Shown: positions 12,171 through 23,520, counted from the stretch's first letter. The stretch: 64,000 bases of DNA from Octopus sinensis (GCF_006345805.1 NC_043005.1:50406001-50470000); one strand, 5' to 3'. Program-made: numbers and translations. The notes: generated by a model from the sequence alone, not told the origin.

Positions 12171-12536
12171 ATTTTATTTGTTTACAGTTGACAGCACGTG
12201 CTGTCACGCACAAAATGACAGCTGCCAAATCCTGTTTTCAAATTGCGTAAAAATGATCAAACATTAAACCTTTGTAGCATTTTTAAAAAACATCTGAAGA
12301 AATTGGGAAGTGCTAGCCACACTTAAGCGTTGTGAACTTTTGAGTGTAAATATATGATTTCCGCAGTAAATGGGTCAGTAAATTCATACACCACGTCACA
12401 AAATCTGAAGAATTTAAGACCATAAAAACATAATCATTTTCTTCTGTCGATGATGAGACAAAATTGTATTTCATGGCAGGTTTCGATCTATTTTAAATGA
12501 ATTGTAAATGACAATAACTTAAAGACGCATTGTCCC

Positions 12537-12774
12537 AATCTTTTATCTTTGTATCTTTTACTTCTTTCAGTCATTAGACTACATCGATACTGGGGCACCG
12601 TCTTGAAGAATATTAGCCGAACGAATCAACTTCACTATTTATTATTATTGTTTTTAAAGACTAGTGCACTTTTTCTGTCTTTCCGGACCCTTTTTCTGAA
12701 CCGCTAAATTACGGGGACGTAAACACACCAACACTGGTTGTCAAGCAATGGTGTGGGACAATCACAGACACAAA

Positions 12775-12833
<59 letters not shown>

Positions 12834-13000
12834 CACATACACATATATGTATACGACAGGTTCCTTTTAGTTTCCGTCTACCAAATCCACTCGAGAGGCT
12901 TTAGTCGAACCGAAGCTATAGCAGTAGACACTTGTCCAAAGTGTAACGCAGTGGGACTGAACCTGGAACCATATCGTTAGGAAGCAAACTTCTTATCAAA
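12537..13000 (-). mobile_element. SINE family B
   Basis: Family B architecture with an internal (TC)n tract. Confidence 0.85.
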
Positions 13001-13116
13001 CGAAATCTGTTGCCAAGATCTTTATAAAATGCGACCTGCTTTGTACCTGCCCCAAGCATATGAGTTTTTAGTAAGATTACCTAGTTTACCTAACGTTTTG
13101 CTGTTAGACATTTTCA

Positions 13117-13175
13117 TTGCCGTCTGACGATGAGCTTTGCTCTCGAAATGCTAAATATTCTCATCTTCATGGCAA
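13117..13175 (+). ncRNA. Degenerate type I hammerhead motif
   Basis: TTGCCGT CTGACGA T GAG-CTTTGCT-CTC GAAA TG-11nt-CA T C [TTC] ATGGCAA. The 7-bp stem I is displaced by 3 extra nt. Confidence 0.5.
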
Positions 13176-13959
13176 CTGCAACATTACTGATTCTCTTCTA
13201 TCACTGTATTGATTCATTCACTGAAGCATCGACCACTTAGTCACTTAAAATTCTATTGATTATATTCCATTTCTAAGCTGTTACGTGTATATTTGTTCTG
13301 TGTATTTGTATGTGTTGTGTGCCTGTACTGTAGGAGTGTATGTGTGTGTATTATACGTGTATTGTGTGTGTTTATGTGTGTGGTATAGTAATTTTGAGTG
13401 CAAGTTGTGTATGTTATTTCATATAGTAGGTACGGTTGTGTGGTTAAGAGATTCGGCTTGTAACTAGCGTTTCGGTTTCAATTCCTCTGTGGGGCACTCA
13501 AGGTAAGTGTCTTGCATCATAGTCAAAGGGCGACCAAAGTCTTGTTAAGTGAGATTTTGTAGAGAGAAAACTGGATGGATCAACGTCAGTGAAGTTGTTC
13601 GTGTTGAATTAGTAGACTTAATCTGCGATGTGGTCCAACACTCTGGCGGCAACCACAAGTGACTTTGGCGGGGTTCGAGAATAATATCCTAGCTATCTTT
13701 CAGCATTTTCTGCGACATGCAGAAGTGTTTGGACATTGCCCGTCCTCCTTTTGTCATGTTTCTAATAGATAATTTATGTAAAATTGTGCATCTGCATTGC
13801 ATATATTCGAGTACGATATATATATGTGTGTGTGTGTGTTTGAGAGAGAGAGAGAGAGAGATACAGAGAATCTAAAAGAAATTCTGCGTGCAGAAACAAA
13901 ACTCCTGTTGCTACAACCCGACAGGACAAAGGCACATCTTGAAGCTCAAGGAAGTAATT

Positions 13960-14210
13960 TCTTTTATCTTTCATCTAGTATTTATTTTTATTTTTACTTA
14001 TTTCAGTCATTAGACTGCGGCTATGCTGGAGCACCGCCTCGAAGTATCTTAGTCGAATGAATCGACCACAGTACATTTTTATCATTATTTGTTATTCTAT
14101 TTGTCACTTTGGCTGAACTGCTAAGTTACGGGGACGTAAACACACCAACACCGGTTGTCGAACGGTGTGGGGGAACAAACACGGACACAAAGACAGCACA
14201 CACACACACT

Positions 14211-14271
<61 letters not shown>

Positions 14272-14430
14272 GACGAGCTTTTAGTTTCCATTTACCGAAT
14301 CCACTCACATGGCTTTGGTCGGCCCGAGGCTATAGTTGAAGACACTTGCCCAAGGTGCCACGCAGTGGGACTGAACCCAGAACCGTGTAGCTTCGAAGAA
14401 AACTTATTACAACACTGCCACACCTGCGCC
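13960..14430 (-). mobile_element. SINE family B
   Basis: Family B architecture with an internal (CA)n(TA)n tract. Confidence 0.9.
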
Positions 14431-15155
14431 TATCTTTTAATATTCTTATAGAGGTTCGTCAAATTATCATGGCTCTCCTCTCTTGACTCTCTGGCAATTA
14501 TTGACCCCACTCTTATAAACTCGGTTGAGTCTATACGTCACATGTATTTCAATACCACTGAAATATACAAAAAGTATACTACTTTCAATACAGAAAAACC
14601 TCAATTATTCCCTAACTTTATTACCTGTCTGTCATATTAATATTATTATCTCTGTTCAGTTTCTCTATTTAACTTAGCAATTCTACCATATAAATTCGCA
14701 ATGTCAAAATTACATTACTAAATATCAGTGCAATAAAATAATTATATCAAATTGAGTGATGTCTATGCGATGCGTATACCGTAGTATGTGATGTATACAT
14801 GTGTGTGTGTGTGTGTGTGTATACGTGCAAACGTGTATATGTGTGCGTGCACGCATGTGTATGCAGTGTTGTGAATGTACGTTGTGTGTTCGTTATAACG
14901 TGTGATATTTGTGTGTTGTTCGATGCGTGTGTGCGTGTGTCTTATTTATATATTGTGTGTATGGCTATGTTTGTCGTGTGTTGTCTATGTATGATGCATG
15001 TGTCGTGTAGTATGTATGTGCGTGTTGTATATATAGTGTGAGTATGCCTGTGTGTTAGTGAGTATGTATGTGCATGTGCGTGTATAAACATGGATGTGTG
15101 AATATATATATATATATATATATACGCGAGAAAGAAGCAACAAGAATGGATAGGT

Positions 15156-15246
15156 TTTTAGTACAATCGTTTCATACAAGGACAGGCTTTATTAAAAGTT
15201 GCAAAAATTGCAGCATATAAACGTGTCCCGTACTCATCAGCTAAAA
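15156..15246 (-). ncRNA. Type I hammerhead motif with extended stem II (inverted copy)
   Basis: Reverse complement of 16225-16315 with one substitution in the distal stem II hairpin. Confidence 0.75.
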
Positions 15247-16224
15247 TACATGTGAGTTCTCTAGACATCCTAGTGGTTGAGGCTATACTCATGAAGTAAT
15301 GTAGATAATTAAGTAACTTAAACAGATTTCCAAAGTTCATTACTGGACAAAGAATAATATTCTCCTCTAGTTCCTAGATGCCTGTAAATTAAAACCAGAC
15401 TTGCCGTCTACTAATTCTTCTGTATAACTAGAACCCTCTTCTTTTCTTTTTTTCTTTTTCTTTTTTTCTTTTTCTTTTTTTTTCCTTTTTTTTCTTTTTT
15501 TCTTTTTTTTTTTTTTCTTTTTCTTTTTTTCCCTTCTTTCCCTATTTCTTTCTCTTTTCTCTTTTTTCTTTTTCTTCTTATTCTCTTTTTCCTTTTCTCT
15601 TCTCTTTTAGTCCCCCTCCCCCCCTTTTTGCTCCCTCCTCCTTTATTTTCTCTCTTTTCTTCTCTTCCCTTCCCTTTTCTGTTCTTTGCCTCTCTAGAAA
15701 GCCCTTCAGCCTTTAAAAGTTAAATAGCTACAGCCTCTTGTAAATAGCAGTAATGTGATTAATGTGGCAAATACCTAATCATATAACAAGAATTGATACC
15801 TACCTCATTGTGTTCAACCATTGATAAATTTATCGCCTGTGAATATGAAATTCCTCTTCATTTCTCTGGAAATTTACATCTACACCATTGGAAATTGTGC
15901 ATCTATACAAAGGATTAATTCACCCTCTCTGTAATGCTAATAAGCAGGAATTGAGACCCACCTCGTTGTGATTAACAATGGATAAATTTGTCGTCTGTGA
16001 GTATGTAATCCCTCCTCATATCTCTGGAAATTCATATGTGCACTATGGATTAGGTCACCTTCTCTGTGATGCTATTAAAACTTTTTTAAAATTCTGTGAT
16101 AAGACTGTACATCATCTTTAAAGAACTTTAATGAACTTTGGAAATCTGTTTATGTTACTTAATTATCTACATTACTTCATGAGTATAGCCTCAACCACTA
16201 GGATGTCTAGAGAACTCACATGTA

Positions 16225-16315
16225 TTTTAGCTGATGAGTACGGGACACGTTTATATGCTGTAATTTTTGCAACTTTTAATAAAGCCTGTCCTTGTATGAA
16301 ACGATTGTACTAAAA
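16225..16315 (+). ncRNA. Type I hammerhead motif with extended (60-nt) stem II
   Basis: TTTTAG CTGATGA GTACGGGACACGTTTAT...ATAAAGCCTGTCCTTGTAT GAAA C-GATT-G T A CTAAAA. Stem I 6 bp, GUA triplet, predicted cut after 16309. Confidence 0.8.
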
Positions 16316-17200
16316 ACCTATCCATTCTTGTTGCTTCTTTCTCGCTTATAATCACCCCACATTACTGTATTGTTAAAACAGTATAGTTTTTTTTGGTGCA
16401 TCTAAGTTAGGTACCATATTCAAGTAAATTCATTTAAATTAACTTGAATCTTTATTGCTTTTTGTATATAATATATATATATATATATATATATTGATAT
16501 GCGAAAAAATATATATGGATGTGTGAATATATATGTGTGTGTATGTATATATGTGTGTGAATGTATATATGTGTGTATTCGTGTATGTATTTAAGTATGT
16601 GTGTGTGTGTTTAAGTATGTATTATCGTGTTGTTTACTCTATGCGTTGTTGTTAACCCTCCGAGGCTAATTTTATATACTTAAAACTCAATATTCTCTTA
16701 CTTTCCATTATCAATTATGTTTATCTGTATTATCTATTCTATCCTGTCTGTTTTAACATTTCAGTTCTTCTTTCAAACCATATTTCTATCTAGCACTTTA
16801 TTGTAAATGGCAATAAAGAATTTCTATAGAAGAGAATAATATTGATTTCTTTGACGATATACAAAAACTAGCTTATATTTTTATTTTTATTTTCATTTTT
16901 CATTTTTATTGTTTGTAGGTGAATGAGAGAAGCAATCGATTAATTGGATGTTGGTATGTTACTGGTACGTATTTTGTCAACCCGCGAAAAAGTAAAACAA
17001 CTACAACAACAAAAGAACAAGACAAAATCAAAATCAATTTATAAACCGAAGTAGAACCTGGTAGAGTATGTTAACTTAGAATGTGATGATACGAAATTAA
17101 ATAATGTAACGTATGTAGTTCGACGCTTGGTAAATATATATTAACATCATCCATTGTAAGATAGTTTATTTGCTTCACTCTTCATTCTCCTGTTCTACTT

Positions 17201-17231
<31 letters not shown>

Positions 17232-17268
17232 AAATGATGATGATGATGATAATAATAATATAATAATA

Positions 17269-17325
<57 letters not shown>

Positions 17326-17348
17326 TAATAATAATAATAATAATAATA

Positions 17349-17385
<37 letters not shown>

Positions 17386-17541
17386 CATCATCATCATCAT
17401 TGTTCGACCGTGGTCGAGACAATGGAATTTACTATGTTACGCCAGACTTCACGGTCCATCATAGCATTACGGAGGTCCTGTAATAATAATGATGATGATG
17501 ATGATGATGATGATGAGGATGATGATGACATCAACAACAAC

Positions 17542-17574
<33 letters not shown>

Positions 17575-17775
17575 TCCTACTATAGACAAAAGAACTGAAA
17601 TTTTTGGGGAGGGGATAGTCGATTACATCCACCCCAGTGCGCAACTCGTACTTATTTTATCGATCCCGAAAGGATGAAAGGCAAAGTCGACCTCGGCAGA
17701 ATTTGAACTCAGAACGTAAAGACGGACGAAATGCCACTAAGCATTTTGCCCGACGTTCTAACTATTCTGCTGGCT
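17575..17775 (-). mobile_element. SINE family A
   Basis: Family A core; tail abuts an (AAT)n tract. Confidence 0.85.
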
Positions 17776-17795
17776 TCCAACAAAGATACAAGATG

Positions 17796-17897
17796 GAAAA
17801 TGCTGGACGTTTCGTCTAACTTATAGCAAAATAATTTATCAAACTTTGCAATGTTAAGGTATTTATTATTTGCTGTCGCATCTCATCAGTAGTTTTC
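17796..17897 (-). ncRNA. Degenerate type I hammerhead motif with extended (69-nt) stem II
   Basis: On the - strand: GAAAACTA CTGATGA G...AGCAAATAAT...ATTATTTTGCT...AC GAAA CG TC CAGCATTTTC. The core is intact; the base of stem I has an A.C mismatch and the proximal stem II is decayed. Confidence 0.6.
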
Positions 17898-18369
17898 TAG
17901 GATCGCACAATTTCAGTATAACACAAATAAAAGTCATTTTATTCGATGGAGGGTTAATAAGAGAACGCGTTCTTTGAATCTGAAACATAAAAAAATACAA
18001 GAGTGCGTTTGTTTTCACTTTGTCTACGATGGCCATATCTTGCTGGGAAATCGAAGCCAAAAGAAATAGAAGGAAAAGGAGAGGAGAGAGCGAGAGACAG
18101 ATAGACGGAGATACAGAAAGAAAGAGAGAGAGAGAGGGGGAGATAAATTTTGATGTACTTTTTTATAACGAACTTCTACTCTCAACCAACAGAGAGAGGA
18201 AAACGTTCGGTGACATCAAAAGATTTACCAATGTGTAGGCGACGGAAATAAAGTCGTGCACTTCGTCTTTGAAGATCCCAATACCACTAATTCGATGACC
18301 TCCAAATCATTAGCTACCATAGCCTGACCAACTTCACCACGAATGCCACAATTTCCATATATATATATA

Positions 18370-18603
18370 TTTCTTTACTACTCACAAAGGGCTAAACACA
18401 GAGGGGACACACAAGGACAGGCAAACAAACGGATGAAGTCGATTACATCGACCCCAGTGCGTAACTGGTTGTTAATTTATCGACCCCGAAAGGATGAAAG
18501 GTAAAGTCGACCTCGGCGGAATTTGAACTCAGAACGTAACGGTAGACGAAATACGGCTACGCATTTTGCCCGGCGTGCTAACGTTTCTGCCAGCTCGCCG
18601 CCT
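18370..18603 (-). mobile_element. Young SINE family A copy with 19-bp TSD
   Basis: TSD CACAATTTCCATATATATA at 18347-18365 and 18605-18623. Confidence 0.95.
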
Positions 18604-18919
18604 TCACAATTTCCATATATATACTTGACTTGTATTTATGTTACTAGACATACCGAAGGTTGAAAAGTAAACTTAAACAAGGAAATTTGAACTCAGAACG
18701 TAGCAGGACTTAACAAAATACCATTTAGTTTTGATACCACCATTTAATCCAGGGCACTATCGTTTGGTTCGGAACGGTACTATTTTGTTCTGGAAATTAT
18801 AAATCTGTACGAAAGATTACCGTTCAATCTTGAGTGTTATCATTTATTCCAAAACACAACCATTTTGTCCGAAATGCTAGTGTTTAGTCAGGAACACCCC
18901 CGATAATAACAGCTTCCCA

Positions 18920-19585
18920 TTTAAGCACAACGGCAATAATTCTGAGAGGAAGGGATTAGTCGATACCTACGATCCCAATACATGAGTGATACCTAATTTC
19001 ATCGACCTCGAAAGAGTTAAACGAAAAGTTGATCTCGGCAGGATTTTGAACTCAGAATATAAGGAGCCCGAAGAAATGCCGCAAAACATTTTTCCTGATA
19101 CCCTATCGATTCTGCTAGTTTGCAATGTTACGCAACTCTGATATCAAATGTTGGCACAAGGCCAGCAATTTTGAGGGGGGAGGCTAGTCAATCGCATCGA
19201 ACCCAGTGATCAAATGGGGTCGATGTCATTTTATCGACTCGGAAAGGATGAAAGCAAAATCGACCTCAGCGAAGTTTGAACACGGAACATAAACACAAAT
19301 AAAATGTCGCTGAACATTTTGCCCAGAGGACTAACAGCTCTGTCAGCTCGCCGCATAGTTCTGATGATAATATTGATTTCAAATTTTGACGCATGGACAG
19401 CATTTCGGGGAGGAGATAAATCGATTAGATCGACTTCAGTACTCAATTCGTACATATTCTACCGACTCCGAAAGAATGAAAGGCAATGTCGACCTCGGTA
19501 GAATTTGAACTGAGAACGTAAAGTGAGACGAAATGACATTAAATATTTTGCACGGCGCGATAACGGTTCTGCCAGCTCGCCGCCT
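18920..19585 (-). mobile_element. Three consecutive diverged SINE family A copies
   Basis: Repeated core and GAACTCAGAA B-box complement at about 19030, 19280 and 19505. Confidence 0.8.
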
Positions 19586-19604
19586 AGCTTTGATAAGTAA
19601 TATT

Positions 19605-20002
19605 CTTTTCTACTCAAGGCACAAGGCCCGACATTTTGGGGGAAGGTGCTAGTCGATTAGATCGATTCCAGTACGCAACTGGTACTTAATTTATTGACTC
19701 CGAAAGGATTAAAGGCAAAGTCAACCTCGGCGGAATTTGAACTCAGAAGGTAACGGCAGACGAAATACTTATTTCTTTACTACCCACAAGGGGCTAAACT
19801 CAGAGGGGACAAACAAGGACAGACAAACGGATTAAGTTGATTATATCGACACCAGTGCGTAACTGGTACTTATTTAATCGACCCCGAAAGGATGAAAGGC
19901 AAAGTCGACCTCGGCGGAATTTGAACTCAGAACGTAGCGGCGGACTAAATACCACAAAGCACTTCGCCCGGCGTGCTAACGTTTCTGCCAGCTCGCCGCC
20001 TT
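19605..20002 (-). mobile_element. SINE family A dimer
   Basis: A full unit joined to a headless unit at about 19769. Confidence 0.9.
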
Positions 20003-20151
20003 TGAGACTGGCCTACATCATATGCCTTACTGCATAAAATTTACTGCACATAACTTTTTATTTGAATATGCGCGGGTGAAATCAGAGTACATCTAATACA
20101 CCCGAACGTCTTTTAGCCATTAGGCCATTACATAGAGCCATTCTACATATG

Positions 20152-20480
20152 TGAAGGCACATGGTTTGGTGATGAGGGTATTCGGCTCACGAGCGTAGGG
20201 TAGTGAGTTTAATTCCTGGCAAAGTGTTCAGTCCTTGAGCAAGACACTTTATTTTTCACATTATTCCAGTCCATTCAGCTGGCAAAATTGAGTAGTACCT
20301 GTATTTCAAACGCCAGCTTTGTCCCATTCTATGTGAGGCTTAATCTCCCTGAACACTACATTAAGGGTACGTGTGTTTGGGGAGTGCTCAGCCGTTTGCA
20401 CGTTAATTTCACGAGCAGGCTGTTCCGTTGATCAGATCAACTGGAACCCCCGCCGTTGTAACCGACGACAGCGTGCCAGT
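20152..20480 (+). mobile_element. SINE family D (tRNA-like head, CORE-like box)
   Basis: GAAGGCACATGG...GTGAGTTTAATTCCTGG...TCCTTGAGCAAGACACTT. Shares head and core with family C but has a different tail. Confidence 0.7.
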
Positions 20481-21228
20481 TATTCGACATAATCTTACAA
20501 ATAGAGGATGACCACTGTTGAAATACTTTGATCACAGGTTTTCTCAATTAGGATTGACCTAGGTTTAAACAACTAAACAACAACAATTACAACTATAATA
20601 AGATCAAGCGATAAAAATCATCGTTATAAGATCTGCGACAGCTGTTGAAATTCCTCAAACATTTTACAGTGGTGAAAATGGTGGAAATGTTTCTGATGAA
20701 AAAAAAAAGATAAAACGGATAAATAAATAAAACGAATGACTGAATGAACGAATGATTAAATAAATAAATAAATAAATAAAATAAATAAATAAAAAATAAA
20801 TAAATGGAAGCGTCAACTGATGCATTACATTGAAGATGTACATAAAATTAATAATCTATTTCAGATTCTGACTTACTGATGAGATTGAACATTCAATTGT
20901 TCGATCAACTGAACTATTTATTTGCTAAACTAACGTAATTTTCAGGCAGAATCACCATCATAGGATGTGTGACATAATTTGATCTTTGATTTATAGTCGC
21001 AATACATCTGACGGGCGCCCACGCAGTGTCTGTCGCATCGATTTTATAGCAAGCTACATACATACGTCTATATACGCATGCATAGATACGTGCACACATT
21101 CACACACATACGCACAAACAAACAGTCGAACATATATGCACACACACATATACCTAAAATACATACGTATATGTATATATATGTATGTGTGTATGTATAT
21201 ATACATATATACGTATATATACATATAC

Positions 21229-21317
<89 letters not shown>

Positions 21318-21321
<4 letters not shown>

Positions 21322-21513
21322 TAATCCAAACAAGAAAGCACAAAAAAAACACAACAACGCGAGGACGTGGAACAAATATAGTATTATTGGACGCTCTGGA
21401 AAGAAGGAAAGAAGGAGGGTTTAACGGTTCGAGCGTAGCTCTTCGTCGGAAACATAGGAGAAGGGAAGACAGAGGAAAAAAAATCGCCAACGGTACACAC
21501 GAGGTCACATTTT
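21318..21513 (-). mobile_element. Solo PLE pseudo-LTR fragment, family X, ending on (TA)n
   Basis: Same layout as 21579-21744: pyrimidine-rich lead, HHR, TTCCxGAGCGT box, T-rich end, then (TA)n. Confidence 0.7.
21419..21453 (-). ncRNA. Minimal type I hammerhead motif (two core changes)
   Basis: On the - strand: GTTT CCGACGA A GAGC-TAC-GCTC GAAC CG TT AAAC (U4>C, A15.1>C). Confidence 0.65.
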
Positions 21514-21514
21514 G

Positions 21515-21547
<33 letters not shown>

Positions 21548-21578
21548 TAGATAGAGAGAGATCGCTAGCCACTACACA

Positions 21579-21741
21579 TTCTTTATTTTCTCTCCCTGTT
21601 TCTTTCTGTGTTCCTTTCTGTGGAAGAGCTTAGGCTCGAAACGTTAAAGACTTTTCACTTCCCAAGCGTTAAACTAATACATCTGTTGTTGTCTCCACCA
21701 CCTGTCTTTGTCTTTTGTTTTTTTTACGAATTCTTCCCCTA

Positions 21742-21744
<3 letters not shown>
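21579..21744 (+). mobile_element. Solo PLE pseudo-LTR fragment, family Y, ending on (TA)n
   Basis: Second copy at 51821-51976; both contain the HHR motif and end on (TA)n. Confidence 0.75.
21614..21649 (+). ncRNA. Minimal type I hammerhead motif, U6 variant
   Basis: CTTT CTGTGGA A GAGC-TTAG-GCTC GAAA CG TT AAAG; palindromic AACGTT stem III. Confidence 0.7.
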
Positions 21745-21800
<56 letters not shown>

Positions 21801-21815
21801 TATATATATATATAT

Positions 21816-21883
<68 letters not shown>

Positions 21884-22127
21884 ATGAGAGAAAGAGAGAG
21901 AGAGAAGCGGGAGACAGAGAGATGGTAATGATAATAATAATAATCCATGGATGAAATTTATAAATACTTTAATGCATCGCTTTGCGCGTACTCACAAATC
22001 TTATGTTTCTTAAGGTCATAGTCCGTATTCCTGGGCTGACTACAGTACAATCCGTAGTATCCTGAATATCGTGTTCATGTGTTCATTTCTTCGGGTAATT
22101 TATAAATTGCATCCATGGATTATCATT

Positions 22128-22164
<37 letters not shown>

Positions 22165-22360
22165 GTATTATTATTATTATTATAATTATCATTATCATTA
22201 TCATTATTATTATATTTATCCAACATTATATCGGTCCAACTCGGCGCTACCCCTGAAGACTGGCAGTGCCAGTTGGCACCATTAGGCTGTAAGCCGGCAT
22301 AGTAAGATAGGGGGCTTTTAAATGCATATTCAATACGTTTCCCGTAAACGAACTTAAAGG

Positions 22361-22410
<50 letters not shown>

Positions 22411-22559
22411 AAATATCTATATGTTTACTTCGTCATTATATTCACTGCGATGGTATTTTGGAAATATTGCACATAGTGTCTGGATGAACAACTGAACTGG
22501 TGGTTGTATATACGTGCATATATATGTATGTACGTGTGCGTATACGGGAGTATTCGTAT

Positions 22560-22601
<42 letters not shown>

Positions 22602-23313
22602 TATATATATATACATGTGTATTTATGTACAATTCCTGGTATATTTCATTGACAACGGCAGAGTATATTTTTATACAAAGTCAGAAACCCAGGGTCTGGA
22701 ATTATCCAATTTGTACTGGTTTTTTTGTCTCTTGTCGTTTCAACTTGTGTTGTATTGAATACTTGCTGTGGTTTTAGAGTCAGATTTTGACTGCTATTTC
22801 GAGCATGGTGGTATCTCTTAGATACCATTATACACAGACACACACACACACACACACGCTAGGTCAGGCCCTAATTAATTTGATCATATTGAATAAATGT
22901 AGCTTGGCAGTCAACTGACTAGGTGCAAACCACCAGCCCATAGCACCGGATACGTTTCACTACCGTCTGCATTATAATCGTACTCCACGTTATGACAAGG
23001 AGTGGTTAATTTTATGTAGTACACCAAATTCATGAATAAACATATTCTGCGCATAAGTGGCGATTTGGTAGAGTCGTTAAAGCGTCGGATAGTATACTCC
23101 GTGGCATTTGTTCCGACTCTCACTGCTCTTAGTTCAAATCCCACTGAGATTATCTTTAATACTTTCAGGATCAATAAAAATGTGCAAATACTGTGTGACA
23201 GATTTGCGTAATTGTAAGAACGTCCAAGTTCAAATTTGCGTTCCAAGTTCAAATCCCGTCGAGACATACATTTGTGATAAGGTTTAATCCATCATTTAGT
23301 TTAACCCCACTAC

Positions 23314-23520
23314 CTGGATCTTGGATGCTTTCAGCGGAGACCATTCTGTAGCAAGATTTCGTGTCAGATTTCCAGTTTGAGGATAACTTCCTTCCTCGTT
23401 TTCACCAACTTCTGAGTCGTAACAAGAGTAGTAGTGACCACTGCCTTCCCGACTGACTAAAACTAAAAGACAAAGGAACACTATCCTGTTTAGTTTATTT
23501 CTGTATTTCAAGCACTGCAT
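23314..23520 (-). CDS. Candidate first coding exon with signal-peptide-like N-terminus (unknown product)
   Basis: MQCLKYRNKLNRIVFLCLLVLVSREGSG-HYYSCYD... (69 codons) in non-repetitive sequence, ending at a possible donor CAG|GTAGTG. No homology recognised. Confidence 0.3.

Larger units (their letters stand above)
15126..16345 (+). mobile_element. Truncated Penelope-like insertion with inverted pseudo-LTR copy
   Basis: Arms 15126-15342 and 16129-16345 are 217-bp inverted repeats with 2 visible mismatches. Each carries a hammerhead motif; the left end abuts (TA)n. The PLE assignment is inferred from architecture and the ribozyme. Confidence 0.7.

Noticed and set aside
15158-16313. Twin 60-aa ORFs MNFGNLF...
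   Set aside because: They are the two arms of the inverted pLTR; the HHR structure explains the sequence better than coding.
20876-20912. CTGATGA followed by a 9-bp hairpin
   Set aside because: No GAAA, stem III or stem I follows.
22225-22320. CTGAAGA plus hairpins next to (ATT/ATC)n
   Set aside because: No GAAA and no HDV-type nested pairing found; probably the 3' end of an unidentified retroelement.
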